Source of the DNA: Thermovirgaceae bacterium
GTDB lineage: Bacteria; Synergistota; Synergistia; Synergistales; Thermovirgaceae
NCBI GenBank assembly: GCA_040767805.1
Contig: JAXGNU010000004.1
Location: 64,001 to 128,000 of the forward strand
Direction: 5' to 3'
DNA: 64,000 nucleotides
Shown: positions 21,906 through 33,463 of the stretch, one piece after another
Layout of the letters: every line of letters begins with the position of its first letter
Numbering within the stretch: the first letter of the stretch is position 1
Notes under the pieces: generated by a model
What the model saw: the letters and a program-made list of their open reading frames with translations, nothing else
Database searches by the model: none
Told to the model about the DNA's origin: nothing
Position numbers and translations under genes: made by a program

Positions 21906-22085
21906 GAAAGGCTCCAACTCCTCCTGAATCGGTGACAGCAAAAAGCGGCGGGTAGGACCGCCGCCGCGAGGCGAAAGCAGGACACCCGGGGTGAGACCCC
22001 CGGCCCCCGCAGTGCTATTTTACACCAAAAATCCCTCTTTCCAGGGTGCCGCCGGGGCCCCGGCACGGGCCCCGGCGAGGGATGA

Positions 22086-23267
22086 CTACATCTTGTCGGC
22101 TATTTCCCTTCCCAGCGCCCTGGACTTTTCGAGACCTTCCGCGTCGGGGCGCCACTTGATGTTGAGCCCCTTGGCGGCCAGGGGGATACCGGCCGCCTCC
22201 AGGTGGCCTTCCACCCTGGCCACGTTTTCACCGCTCCAGCCGTAGGAGCCGAAGGCCGCCCCGACCTTGTTCTTGAACTTGAGCCCCCTCAGGTCCTCCA
22301 GGATGGGTGTTATCGTGGGCAGCAGGCCGCCGTTGAGACAGGAGGACCCGATGACGACAGCCCTCGAGCGGAAGACCTGGGCCAGCACGTCGTTGCGGTC
22401 GGCTAGGGCCATGTGGAACACCTTCGACGGGACGCCCTTCTCCGCCAGGCCTTCGCTTATGGCGCCGGCCATGTCCCTGGTGGAGTTCCACATGGTGTCG
22501 TACAGGATGACGGCGCTCCTCTCGGGTTCCTGCCTGGCCCATTCCTGGTATTTTTTCACGATCTGGAGCGGGTCCTTCCGCCAGATCACGCCGTGGCTCG
22601 GGGCTATCATATCGACCTTGAGCCCCAGGCCCAGCACTTCGTCGATCTTCTTGAGCACCATGGGGCTGAAGGGGGTCAGGATGTTGGCGTAGTACTTGAG
22701 GCACTCCTGGTAGAGTTCCTCCTGGTCGACCTGGTCGTTGTAGGGGAAGGCCGAGGCGTAGTGCTGGCCGAAGGCGTCGTTGGGCATGAGGAGGTCTCTC
22801 CCCGAGAGGTAGGTGAACATGCTGTCGGGCCAATGGAGCATGGTCGCCTCGACGAAGATCATCTCCGTCTCGCCCAGGGGGATCTTGTCCCCGGTCTTGA
22901 CCTGCCGGAACTTCCACTCCTTGTGGAAGTGGCCCGGGATGCTGTCCATGCCCCGGGGTGACACGATAACCTCGGCCTGGGGCGCAAGTTCCATCAGGGC
23001 GCCCAGGGCCCCGGAGTGGTCGGTCTCGGCGTGGTTGGCCACCACGTAGTCGATCCTGGAGGGGTCGACCAGGGACTTGACGTTGTCCAGGAACTTCTCC
23101 GTGAAGGGATCCCAGACCGTGTCCACCACGGCGATTTTCTTGTCGCGGACCAGGTAGGCGTTGTAGGTGCTTCCCCGGTGGGTCGAAAGTTCATGGCCGT
23201 GGAAAAAGTTGAGGGCCCAGTCCTTGACCCCTACCCAGAAAACATCCTTCTTGATCTCGAAGACCAA
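22086..23267 (-). CDS. fprA: Flavodiiron protein (A-type flavoprotein)
   Basis: GSTYNAY, NHAETDH, MLHWPDSM, NDAFGQH, PSHG and AFGSYGWSG motifs; TTG start behind AAGGAG. Confidence 0.92.
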   Translation of the reverse strand: MVFEIKKDVFWVGVKDWALNFFHGHELSTHRGSTYNAYLVRDKKIAVVDTVWDPFTEKFLDNVKSLVDPSRIDYVVANHAETDHSGALGALMELAPQAEVIVSPRGMDSIPGHFHKEWKFRQVKTGDKIPLGETEMIFVEATMLHWPDSMFTYLSGRDLLMPNDAFGQHYASAFPYNDQVDQEELYQECLKYYANILTPFSPMVLKKIDEVLGLGLKVDMIAPSHGVIWRKDPLQIVKKYQEWARQEPERSAVILYDTMWNSTRDMAGAISEGLAEKGVPSKVFHMALADRNDVLAQVFRSRAVVIGSSCLNGGLLPTITPILEDLRGLKFKNKVGAAFGSYGWSGENVARVEGHLEAAGIPLAAKGLNIKWRPDAEGLEKSRALGREIADKM

Positions 23268-23314
23268 TTCGCATCTCTCCTTTCCTCTTAGACGGGGGGC
23301 GCTCCCCCCCGCCC

Positions 23315-23653
23315 TCAAAGCAGCCTCGTCGAGGTGACGGGCCTCGGCGTCTTCACCACCAGCACCCTGAAGGTGGCACCGCTCTCATTGTACCAGCAGT
23401 GAGGTATGTCCTTGGGGCTTTCTATAAGCGCGTCCTTAGACACGGCTTTCTTCTCGTCACCGATCTCCACGACGCCGGTGCCTTCGAGGACGTAAAAGAA
23501 CACGTCCACCGGGGTGACGTGCTTTTTCAGCGACTCCCCCGGTTCCAGGGTAATATGCACCACCTGCGCGTCGGGCGTATCGTAGAGCTTGCAGACCTTG
23601 ACCCCGTGGGGGGTGGTAACCAGCGCGGCTTCCCTGAAGCTCGTTATCTTCAA
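23315..23653 (-). CDS. Cupin domain protein
   Basis: KHVTPVDVFFYVLEGTG...PHCWYN; TTG start behind GGAGG. Confidence 0.85.
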   Translation of the reverse strand: MKITSFREAALVTTPHGVKVCKLYDTPDAQVVHITLEPGESLKKHVTPVDVFFYVLEGTGVVEIGDEKKAVSKDALIESPKDIPHCWYNESGATFRVLVVKTPRPVTSTRLL

Positions 23654-23737
23654 AGGATCCTCCCTCCTTTTCATGGGGACCTTCCTTTTGCCCTGACCCC
23701 CTTTCCGGAGGTCCCCTTCCACCGCATTCCAGACATC

Positions 23738-23761
23738 AGGGTATTTTTAAAATAATACCCT
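23738..23761. promoter_or_regulatory. Putative operator palindrome between cupin-fprA and the PfpI gene
   Basis: AGGGTATT-N8-AATACCCT perfect 8-bp inverted repeat in an AT-rich divergent promoter region. Confidence 0.5.
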
Positions 23762-23852
23762 AAATCACATTTAAGTACTTAGCCGGGGCAAGGCTGTATA
23801 ATTCGGGCCATCAAGGGGAGTGAAGGCCATCCCTAACGAGAGGAGCCGGGAA

Positions 23853-24365
23853 ATGGCGGAAAGGATAGCTGTGCTGGTGGAGAACGATTTCCACGACGTA
23901 GAGTTCTGGTATCCCTTCTACAGGCTGCAGGAAGCGGGGCATGAGCCCATCATCGTCGCCCCGGCGGCCCCCAAGGTCTACCGGGGGAAGTACGGAACCA
24001 CGGTGGAAGCCCCCTACGACGCCGGGAGCGTCGCCGCCCAATCGCCGGCCGGCGTGGTGATACCCGGCGGGTGGGCGCCGGACCGGCTCAGGATGTCCGC
24101 CGAGATCGTGGGCCTCGTAAGGGGGACCTACGAGTCGGGCGGTTTCGTGGCGGGCATCTGTCACGCCGGCAGCCTGCTGGTCTCCTGCGGGATACTCGCC
24201 GGGAAGAGGGTGACGAGCTATCCCAGCCTCAGGGACGACATGGTCCTGGCGGGAGCCGAATGGGTGGATGCCGAGGTGGTGGTCTCCGACAGGATCATAA
24301 CCAGCAGGAGGCCGTCGGACCTCCCGGCCTTCATGGCCGAGGTGATGAAGGCCCTGGCGTCCTGA
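23853..24365 (+). CDS. PfpI/DJ-1 family protein
   Basis: FHDVEFWYP, IPGGWAPDRLR, GICHAG nucleophile elbow and ITSRRPSDLPAF. Confidence 0.92.
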   Translation: MAERIAVLVENDFHDVEFWYPFYRLQEAGHEPIIVAPAAPKVYRGKYGTTVEAPYDAGSVAAQSPAGVVIPGGWAPDRLRMSAEIVGLVRGTYESGGFVAGICHAGSLLVSCGILAGKRVTSYPSLRDDMVLAGAEWVDAEVVVSDRIITSRRPSDLPAFMAEVMKALAS

Positions 24366-24445
24366 AACCCCTCGGCGCCGGGCAGGCAATGCTATAATGT
24401 TTTCAGGTTGACTATGGGCCGCAGAAGAACGGGGAGGGACGGAGT

Positions 24446-26236
24446 ATGAAAAAGGTGAACAGCAGGATTGTTTTCACGGCCGCCTTGCTGGCCTTGATGG
24501 TAACGGCCTCGGGAGCCGCCTGGGGAGCCATGGGTGAGGTGACTTCCTTCACCTTCAGGGCCGCCCAGGAGGATGTCCTGGGCCTCGAAAGGTCCCTGGA
24601 AAAGGACGGGAAAGCCGACGCCCATTTCGCCCTTTCCCTCAAGGGCATCGGCGCCATCACCGAGGTCACGCTGAAGGCCCTCGACGGGGCGAGGGAATGG
24701 TCCCCCGCCGGGGGAGGCGGCCGCTGGGCCATGGTCGTCAGGGACGCCTCGGGGAAGACGGTCTCTTCCGAGTCGGGGCTGCCCGTAACGCCCTTCCTTG
24801 GGTTCGCGAACCTCAACCTTTTCGTCGCCGACGACGGGACGGCCTTTTCCGAGACGCGGGAATACGAGGTCACCGTCAAGTTCATCGACGGGAGCACCGC
24901 CTCGGCCAAGACCGAGGTCAAGGGGATGCCCGACATCTTCGGGACCCCCAAGCCGCCGGAGCCCGAGGGCGGGGTCATGACGGCGGTCCTCTACGGGATC
25001 GGTGACCGGGACGTCGCCGGCAAGAGGGAGACCCTGGGCAAGGACGGCACCAACGACGCCCACTTCCAGGTCCGCTTCACCACCCTGTCGGTGGTGGACC
25101 AGGTCACGATACGCAACGTGGATGGGACCAACGCGGTCTGGGACACGGTCCCCGGCAACGGGATCTGGGCGATAGCCGTGTTCCAGGACGGCAAACTAAA
25201 GAACCGGGCCGACGGCAGCGTGCGCTTCACCGTGGACGGGGACACCGTGCTTGACCTCTGGGTGGCCGATAACGGGGCGGTGGCCGGCGGCAAGACCCGC
25301 TTCGAGGTCATAATCAGGTTCGATGACGGGACCACCTTCAGCGAGACGGCCGTCCCAGGGACCCCCGAGGGGAAATCGCCCGTGGAGGATATCCTTTCAG
25401 CGGTGCTCTACGCCCCCGCGACCACGGACATAGCCAACCGGGGCGAGACCGTCGGAGCCAACGGGACCCCCGACTGGAGGATCACCCTCTCCCTCGCGGG
25501 CGAGGGGACCGTGATAAGTTTCATTGTCCGCGGGATCGAGGGTTCCGTGGCCGAGTGGGACACCCTCCCGGGCAACAAGAAACCCCTGGTGGTGGTCACC
25601 GACTCGGGCGGCAAGATCCTCAACGCACCCAACGGTTCGGTCTCGATCCCCCTGGCCGGCAGAAAGGACCTCTCCCTCTGGCTTGACGACGCGGGGGCCC
25701 TTTCGGAGGCGACCAACAAGTTCAGGGTCATCGCGGTCCTGAGCGATGGGAGGACCTTTGAGAGGCTCATCGAACGGCCGTCGCCCCACCTCCCGGCCCC
25801 CAAGGGCACGGGGGAGGTCGTGGAATCGGACAGCGTCAGGCCCTTCTACATGGGCAAGGGACCGAGGAACATCCTAGGCAAGGGGGAACCGGCGGACATA
25901 ACCAAGGGCCTCGACGCGAACCCCGACGCCCACGTGAGGCTCAGGCTCGCGTCCCTCGACGGGACCATCGAGTCCCTGACGGTGGAATCCCTCGACGGCC
26001 AGGGAGGCGACTGGGACACCATCCCAGGCAACGGGAGGTGGCATATCGCCGTCACCGAGACCGCCACGGGACCGGTGCTGAACAAGAATGACGGTTCCTT
26101 CACCAGGAAGGTCTCCGGGAGCAGCGAGTTCCACCTCTGGCTGGCCGACAACGGCAAGTTGAGCGCCAACCCCGCCGGCTACAGGGTCGTGGTCCGCTTC
26201 ACCGACGGCCGGGCCCTCTCGCAGAACCTGTTCTAG
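24446..26236 (+). CDS. Secreted protein with four tandem ~135-aa repeats of unknown function
   Basis: Signal peptide; recurring DG-x-x-DAHF, WDTxPGN, LWxADNG and V-x-FxDG motifs. Confidence 0.8.
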   Translation: MKKVNSRIVFTAALLALMVTASGAAWGAMGEVTSFTFRAAQEDVLGLERSLEKDGKADAHFALSLKGIGAITEVTLKALDGAREWSPAGGGGRWAMVVRDASGKTVSSESGLPVTPFLGFANLNLFVADDGTAFSETREYEVTVKFIDGSTASAKTEVKGMPDIFGTPKPPEPEGGVMTAVLYGIGDRDVAGKRETLGKDGTNDAHFQVRFTTLSVVDQVTIRNVDGTNAVWDTVPGNGIWAIAVFQDGKLKNRADGSVRFTVDGDTVLDLWVADNGAVAGGKTRFEVIIRFDDGTTFSETAVPGTPEGKSPVEDILSAVLYAPATTDIANRGETVGANGTPDWRITLSLAGEGTVISFIVRGIEGSVAEWDTLPGNKKPLVVVTDSGGKILNAPNGSVSIPLAGRKDLSLWLDDAGALSEATNKFRVIAVLSDGRTFERLIERPSPHLPAPKGTGEVVESDSVRPFYMGKGPRNILGKGEPADITKGLDANPDAHVRLRLASLDGTIESLTVESLDGQGGDWDTIPGNGRWHIAVTETATGPVLNKNDGSFTRKVSGSSEFHLWLADNGKLSANPAGYRVVVRFTDGRALSQNLF

Positions 26237-26276
26237 GGTCGGACCTCCCAGGGGTTTTTTCGCGACGGGTCATTCC

Positions 26277-26301
26277 AGGGACCCCCTTAAAGGGGGTCCC
26301 T
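26277..26301. terminator. Hairpin between convergent genes
   Basis: AGGGACCCCCT-TAA-AGGGGGTCCCT perfect stem. Confidence 0.6.
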
Positions 26302-26306
26302 TCCTT

Positions 26307-27215
26307 TTATCCGCCCCCGTCGCCCGTAAAGGACAGTTTCCCCTCGAGGACGAGGAGCAGCACGGCCGTCACTATCAGCAGCGCTCCTTTCACCTGCCCC
26401 GCCGTTGGGAGCTCGCCGAGGAGAACCCAGGCCATGACGCCGGCGAAGACGATCTCCGACATGGAGGTGATCGACGCCGCCGTCCCGGGGATATGCTTGA
26501 GGGCGAAGGATATAAGGCCGTAGGATGCCAGCGTGGGCAAAAAGGCCAGGTGCGCCAGCGCCAGCAGGGCGGGGAGGGGAAGGCCCCGCAGGTCGGGGAT
26601 CTCGCCCCTGGAAAAGGCGATGACCCCCATCATGAGCGAACCCCAAAGGAACATCTGCACAAAGGTCTTGAAGGGCTCTTCCCTCCCGGTCCCGTAACGG
26701 CCGTTGAGGATGAAGAAGGAAAAACCCGCCCCCGAGACGACGGCAAGGACCACGCCGGTCATGTCCAGGTCGGCCACGCTCGCGCCGCCGATGCCGCCGA
26801 CGGCGACCCACACGCCGGCGAGACCGGCCGCCAGGGCCGCGAAACGGGTCCTGGTGAAGGGCTCCTTGCCCAGGGCGGCGGCACCCAGGGCCGTCCATAC
26901 GGGGTTTATATAGAAAAGGATGACCGTCAGCCCCACCGGTATGGTCACGAAGGCAATGTTCGACAAGTAGTAAACAAAGACCACGCCGAAAAGGCCCGAG
27001 AGGGCGTACTTCCAGCCGTCGGCGAAGCCCGGCACCAGGGCCCGCGGGTCCTTTAAAAGCGCGCAGGCTCCCGCCACAAGGGCTCCCGTGACGGCCCGGA
27101 CCAGGGAGACCCCGGCGGGGGATACGCCGTACTGGTAGGCCACCCTCTCGGCGGGGCCGAGGGAGCCGAAGAAAAGAGCGGCAAGGATAACGCAGGCGAA
27201 CCCCAACAGCCTCAA
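26307..27215 (-). CDS. DMT/EamA family transporter
   Basis: About 10 TM helices; LFYINPVWT, LGKEP, SMSEIVFA and LLGE motifs. TTG at 27215 chosen as start. Confidence 0.85.
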   Translation of the reverse strand: MRLLGFACVILAALFFGSLGPAERVAYQYGVSPAGVSLVRAVTGALVAGACALLKDPRALVPGFADGWKYALSGLFGVVFVYYLSNIAFVTIPVGLTVILFYINPVWTALGAAALGKEPFTRTRFAALAAGLAGVWVAVGGIGGASVADLDMTGVVLAVVSGAGFSFFILNGRYGTGREEPFKTFVQMFLWGSLMMGVIAFSRGEIPDLRGLPLPALLALAHLAFLPTLASYGLISFALKHIPGTAASITSMSEIVFAGVMAWVLLGELPTAGQVKGALLIVTAVLLLVLEGKLSFTGDGGG

Positions 27216-27409
27216 GGCGACAACCCCTTCTTTACACGACCCGGGGACCTTCCCGCCCGACCAGCCGGGGATGGGGCGGGGGGAGAGCCGGATTATGATC
27301 ATTTATCCTATATAATAGGACACAAAGGGGATGAAACGGTCGCCGGCGTCAAGGAAAAGATCGTTTCCGCCCACCACCGGCGGCGTTTCCTGGAAAAGGG
27401 GGAGACCCC

Positions 27410-28672
27410 ATGGGACTACCGTACATCGCCAGGATCGAGCACTATGAACCCTTCATCGGGAGCGAGGCCGTCGAGAGGATCCTCTCAAAGGCCTCGAAGA
27501 TGTCGGGCCGCAGGATCGTCCACATCAACTCCACCTTCTACGGCGGGGGCGTGGCCGAACTGCTCGGTTCCATGACCCTCCTGGCCAACCTGGCCGGCAT
27601 CCAGATGGGCTGGAGAGTCATCCAGGGTTCCCCCGACTTTTTCACCGTCACGAAGAAGATGCACAACGCCCTCCAGGGCGATGAGATCAACCTCAGTTGG
27701 AAGAAGTTCAGGATATACGAGCACGTGGTCTTCGAGAACGTCCTCCGGAACCACCTGGACCACGACATAGTCGTGATCCACGATCCGCAGCCCCTCCCGA
27801 TGATCCGTCATTACCACAAGAAAGGACCCTGGGTCTGGGTCTGCCACGTGGACCTTTCCAACCCGAACAGGAAACTGTGGCCCTACATCCGGAATTACGT
27901 CAACCGCTACGACGCCGCCGTCTTCAGCATACCCGAGTACAGGCAGGACACGAGGACCCCCCTGGTCTTCATCAAGCCCGCCATCGACCCCTTCAGTATC
28001 AAGAACCGGGACTTCTCGGAGGAGGAGATCCAGGAGAGGCTTGAAAGGTACGGGATACCCACCGACAAGCCCCTGGTGGTCCAGGTGTCCCGGTATGACC
28101 GCTGGAAGGACCCGGGGGGCGTGATCGAGGCCTTCAAGATAGCCCGCAAGGAGGTCGACTGCAACCTTGTCCTGCTGGGCAACATAGCCACCGACGACCC
28201 CGAAGGCGTGGAGATCTTCAACGAACTGAAGGAGAAGCAGGAAGAGGGCATAATCATGCTCACCGTCGAGGACACGGCCCTGGTGAACGCCCTCCAGCGC
28301 AAGGCGGCGGTAGTGATCCAGAAATCGATACGGGAGGGTTTCGGCCTGACCGTGACGGAGGCCATGTGGAAGGGCAAAGCGGTCATCGGGGGCAACGTGG
28401 GGGGAATAAGGCACCAGATAACCGACGGTGAGAACGGTTTCCTGGTCGACACGGTCGAGGAGGCAGCCGAGAGGATCGTAATGCTCCTGAAAGACCCGGG
28501 CCTGCGCGACCGGATCGGTGAGAAGGCCCGTGCCACGGTCAAGGAGAAGTTCCTCATGTCCCGCTACCTCGAGGACTACCTCGACCTCTTCAATTCCTTC
28601 GAAGCGAACTATACCCTCCGGGAACCGCTCTGGGACAGGAGAACCCGGCCCTGGGCCGGAAGACGCCGGTAA
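27410..28672 (+). CDS. treT: TreT-like trehalose glycosyltransferring synthase (GT4)
   Basis: HINSTFYGGGVAE, IHDPQP, QVSRYDRWKDP and QKSIREGFGLTVTEAMWK motifs. Confidence 0.85.
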   Translation: MGLPYIARIEHYEPFIGSEAVERILSKASKMSGRRIVHINSTFYGGGVAELLGSMTLLANLAGIQMGWRVIQGSPDFFTVTKKMHNALQGDEINLSWKKFRIYEHVVFENVLRNHLDHDIVVIHDPQPLPMIRHYHKKGPWVWVCHVDLSNPNRKLWPYIRNYVNRYDAAVFSIPEYRQDTRTPLVFIKPAIDPFSIKNRDFSEEEIQERLERYGIPTDKPLVVQVSRYDRWKDPGGVIEAFKIARKEVDCNLVLLGNIATDDPEGVEIFNELKEKQEEGIIMLTVEDTALVNALQRKAAVVIQKSIREGFGLTVTEAMWKGKAVIGGNVGGIRHQITDGENGFLVDTVEEAAERIVMLLKDPGLRDRIGEKARATVKEKFLMSRYLEDYLDLFNSFEANYTLREPLWDRRTRPWAGRRR

Positions 28673-28688
28673 CCGGCGGGGGCGATCC

Positions 28689-30197
<1,509 letters not shown>

Positions 30198-30206
30198 TCC
30201 ACGCCC

Positions 30207-31487
30207 TCAGCGCCCCTCAAAGGGGTTCCTGAAGACCGCCCTGCCCCCCAACTGGTCCTCTATCTCCAGGAGCCTGTTGTACTTGGCGACGCGCTCGCTC
30301 CGGCAGGCGGAGCCCGTCTTGATCTGGCCGCCTCCCATGGCCACGGCCAGGTCGGCTATGAAGGTGTCCTCCGTCTCTCCGCTCCGGTGGGATATGACAT
30401 AACCCCAGCCGGCCTCCCTGCACATTTTTATCGTCTCCACGGTCTCCGTGACGGTGCCGATCTGGTTCAGTTTTATCAGGACGGCGTTGGCCGATCCTTC
30501 CCGAATGCCCCGTTCGACGAACCTGGCGTTGGTCACGAAGAGGTCGTCCCCCACGATCTGGACCCTGTCGCCCAGTTCGGCCGTCTGGGCCCGGAAACCC
30601 TCCCAGTCGTTCTCGTCGAGCCCGTCCTCGATGGAGACCACGTGGTACTTCTCAACCCATTCCCCGTAGAGGGCCGTCATCTGGTCGCTGGTCCGACTGC
30701 CCTGCCCCGACCGTGCCAGGTGGTAGGCGCCGTCTTCGAAGAAGGAACTGGCCGCCGGGTCCAGCGCCAGGGCGATGTCCCGGCCTGGGGTATAGCCCGC
30801 GGACTCGATGGCCTCGACGATGACCCGGCAGGCCTCGTCGTTGCTCCCCAGGTCCGGCGCGAAGCCCCCCTCGTCGCCCACGGCCGTGGCATAACCCTTC
30901 GCCGAGAGGATCTTTTTCAGGGCGTGGAAGGTCTCGGTGCCGTAGCGCAGGGCCTCGGCGAAGGTGGGGGCCCCGACGGGCATGACCATGAACTCCTGGA
31001 GGTCCACGCTGTTGTCGGCGTGCTTGCCGCCGTTGAGGATGTTCATCATCGGGACGGGCAGCCTTGCCGCCCCCGGGCCGCCCAGGTAGGCGTAAAGGGG
31101 GAGGTCCATGACCCTGGAGCCCGCCCTGGCCACGGCCATGGATACCCCGAGGATGGCGTTGGCGCCCAGGGCGCCCTTGTTCGCCGTACCGTCCAGTTCG
31201 ATCATCAGGCGGTCGATCTCCTCCTGGCGCGTAGGGTCCATCCCCACGAGGCGGGGGGCGATGATGGCGTTGACGTTTTCCACCGCCCGCAGGACGCCCT
31301 TGCCGCCGAACCGCGTCATGTCGCCGTCGCGGAGTTCTATCGCCTCTTTTTCCCCCGTGGACGCCCCGGAGGGTACCGAGGCGGAAACCTCGATGCCGCC
31401 GTCGAGCCTGCACCAGGTGCGGACGGTCGGGTTGCCCCTGGAATCCAGGATCTCCATTGCCCTGACAGCCGCGATGGTCTTCTTCAA
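30207..31487 (-). CDS. eno: Enolase
   Basis: [35 protein letters not shown] and QIKTGS motifs. Confidence 0.97.
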   Translation of the reverse strand: MKKTIAAVRAMEILDSRGNPTVRTWCRLDGGIEVSASVPSGASTGEKEAIELRDGDMTRFGGKGVLRAVENVNAIIAPRLVGMDPTRQEEIDRLMIELDGTANKGALGANAILGVSMAVARAGSRVMDLPLYAYLGGPGAARLPVPMMNILNGGKHADNSVDLQEFMVMPVGAPTFAEALRYGTETFHALKKILSAKGYATAVGDEGGFAPDLGSNDEACRVIVEAIESAGYTPGRDIALALDPAASSFFEDGAYHLARSGQGSRTSDQMTALYGEWVEKYHVVSIEDGLDENDWEGFRAQTAELGDRVQIVGDDLFVTNARFVERGIREGSANAVLIKLNQIGTVTETVETIKMCREAGWGYVISHRSGETEDTFIADLAVAMGGGQIKTGSACRSERVAKYNRLLEIEDQLGGRAVFRNPFEGR

Positions 31488-31675
31488 AACGGTCTCTCCC
31501 TTCGGTCGTTAATCCGCGCCTATCGATGGAACAAAGGCCCTGGGCTAACTATAACAGAAGGGAGGGCGGGCGGTGGGAGGTTATTAAGGCAGGCAGGCAT
31601 CCCTGCGGACCATTGTCCCCCTTGAAAAAGGGGGATATAATTATCGGCCGATGAATAACTTTTGGAGGTAATGCC

Positions 31676-33382
31676 TTGACCAGGAAGGACATCACCCCCC
31701 GGAACCTAGAAGGGGACGCCGGTGAGGAGCGGGAAAAGGAGGCCGGAACGGCGGAGGAGGGTTTCAGGGAGATCCTGGACTCCGTGCCGGAACTCATCCT
31801 GAGGTTCACCCCGGACCTGGTCACCACCTTCGCCAACAGGACCTACTGCGATTACCACGGGGTAAGGTGCGAAGACATCGTGGGGAAGAGCTTCAAGGAT
31901 CATGTTTACCCCGGCGACATGCCGTCACTCAAGGAGAGGCTCATGGGCCTCACGCCGGAGAACCCCGTCCTGGCGGGAGAGGAAAGGACCCTCATGGCCG
32001 GCGGGGAGATCCGGTGGCAGGAGTGGACCGACCGGGGGATCTTCGATCCCCGGGGGAACCTGGTCGAGATCCAGTCCATCGGGAGAGACGTGACGGAGCG
32101 CAAGAGGACCGAGGAGGCCATGGCCTTCGAGAGGGAATCGCTGGACGCCCTCTTCGGGTACTCCATGGAGGGGATAGTCTTCTGCGATCACGAGCTGACG
32201 GTGCTGAAAGCCAACCCCTCCTTTTGCGACATGTTCGGGTACGCCCCCGAAGAGGTCCTGGGGCGGAATATCGACGACCTCGTCGCCGGGGGCACGGAGT
32301 ACCTGGAAGAGGCCAGGGGCTTTTCCGCGGCCACGGCCGGGGGGCGCCCCGTCGCGGCCGAGGCGACCCGCAGGAGGAAGGACGGCTCGCTGATCCAGGT
32401 CTCCTGCCTGGGCGTACCGTTCCGCCTCTTGGGCGGCAGGAGGTTCGCCTACGGCATCTACCGGGACATCACCGCCCGGAAGGCCGCCGAAAGGGCCTTG
32501 AAGGAGAGCGAGGCCAAGTACCGGGAACTCTTCGACTCCATGCCCGTCGGGTTCTACACGTCGACCCCCGAGGGTTACTTCCTCGACGCGAACCCCGCCT
32601 TCATCCGCATGCTCGGGTACGAAAGCCTCGAAGAACTCAGGAGGCTCTTCATCCCCACCGACGTCTACGTCAGCGAAGGCGAAAGGGAGATTGCAGGCAA
32701 CAAGGGTTGCAGCGAGGAGTTCTTGGACCGTATCGAAAGTTACCGCCTCAAGAGAAAGGACGGGCAGATCATCTGGGTGGAGGACTTCGCCCGCTGCATC
32801 AAGGACTGCACCGGCGAGGTCCTTTTCAACCAGGGGCTTTGCAGGGATATCACCGACCGCCTGAGGGCCGAGGAAGAACTGAAAAGGGTCAACCGGGAAC
32901 TCTATGTCGCCGCCACCACGGACAGCGCGACGGGCCTCTTCAACCGCAAGTACTTCGACGAGATATTAGGGAGGGAGATCGACCGGTCATCGAGGTACCG
33001 GTCACCCCTGTCGCTGGCCATGATCGACCTCGACAACTTCAAGGCCCTGAACGACACGAAGGGGCACCAGGCCGGCGACAGGGCCCTGCGCGAGATAGCC
33101 CTGGTGATCGGTGAGAATATCCGTTCCTCGGACACGGCGGCCCGCTGGGGAGGGGATGAGTTCGTCCTTTTAACCCCTGTCGACGGCGAAAAGGCGCTCG
33201 CCCTGGCCGCGAAGCTGAGGGGGCTGCTCCTCGGCCTCGACCATGAGGGGTTCGGTCCCGTCACCTGCAGCATCGGCGTGGCGACCTGCCAGGATGGGGA
33301 CGACATCGATTCCCTCGTCAAAAGGGCCGACCTCGCCCTGTACAGGGTGAAAAAAAGGGGAGGCGACGGCGTCTCGTCCTAG
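31676..33382 (+). CDS. PAS x3 diguanylate cyclase
   Basis: Three PAS/PAC units ending RDVT/RDIT, intact WGGDEF and RSSD I-site. Confidence 0.92.
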   Translation: MTRKDITPRNLEGDAGEEREKEAGTAEEGFREILDSVPELILRFTPDLVTTFANRTYCDYHGVRCEDIVGKSFKDHVYPGDMPSLKERLMGLTPENPVLAGEERTLMAGGEIRWQEWTDRGIFDPRGNLVEIQSIGRDVTERKRTEEAMAFERESLDALFGYSMEGIVFCDHELTVLKANPSFCDMFGYAPEEVLGRNIDDLVAGGTEYLEEARGFSAATAGGRPVAAEATRRRKDGSLIQVSCLGVPFRLLGGRRFAYGIYRDITARKAAERALKESEAKYRELFDSMPVGFYTSTPEGYFLDANPAFIRMLGYESLEELRRLFIPTDVYVSEGEREIAGNKGCSEEFLDRIESYRLKRKDGQIIWVEDFARCIKDCTGEVLFNQGLCRDITDRLRAEEELKRVNRELYVAATTDSATGLFNRKYFDEILGREIDRSSRYRSPLSLAMIDLDNFKALNDTKGHQAGDRALREIALVIGENIRSSDTAARWGGDEFVLLTPVDGEKALALAAKLRGLLLGLDHEGFGPVTCSIGVATCQDGDDIDSLVKRADLALYRVKKRGGDGVSS

Positions 33383-33463
33383 GACGGCAGCGTCTGTTCA
33401 TCGGCGGGGTGAAGGGGTAAAATATCAAAAATACGCTCGAAAGAGGTGGTTGGGGTGAAAAGG

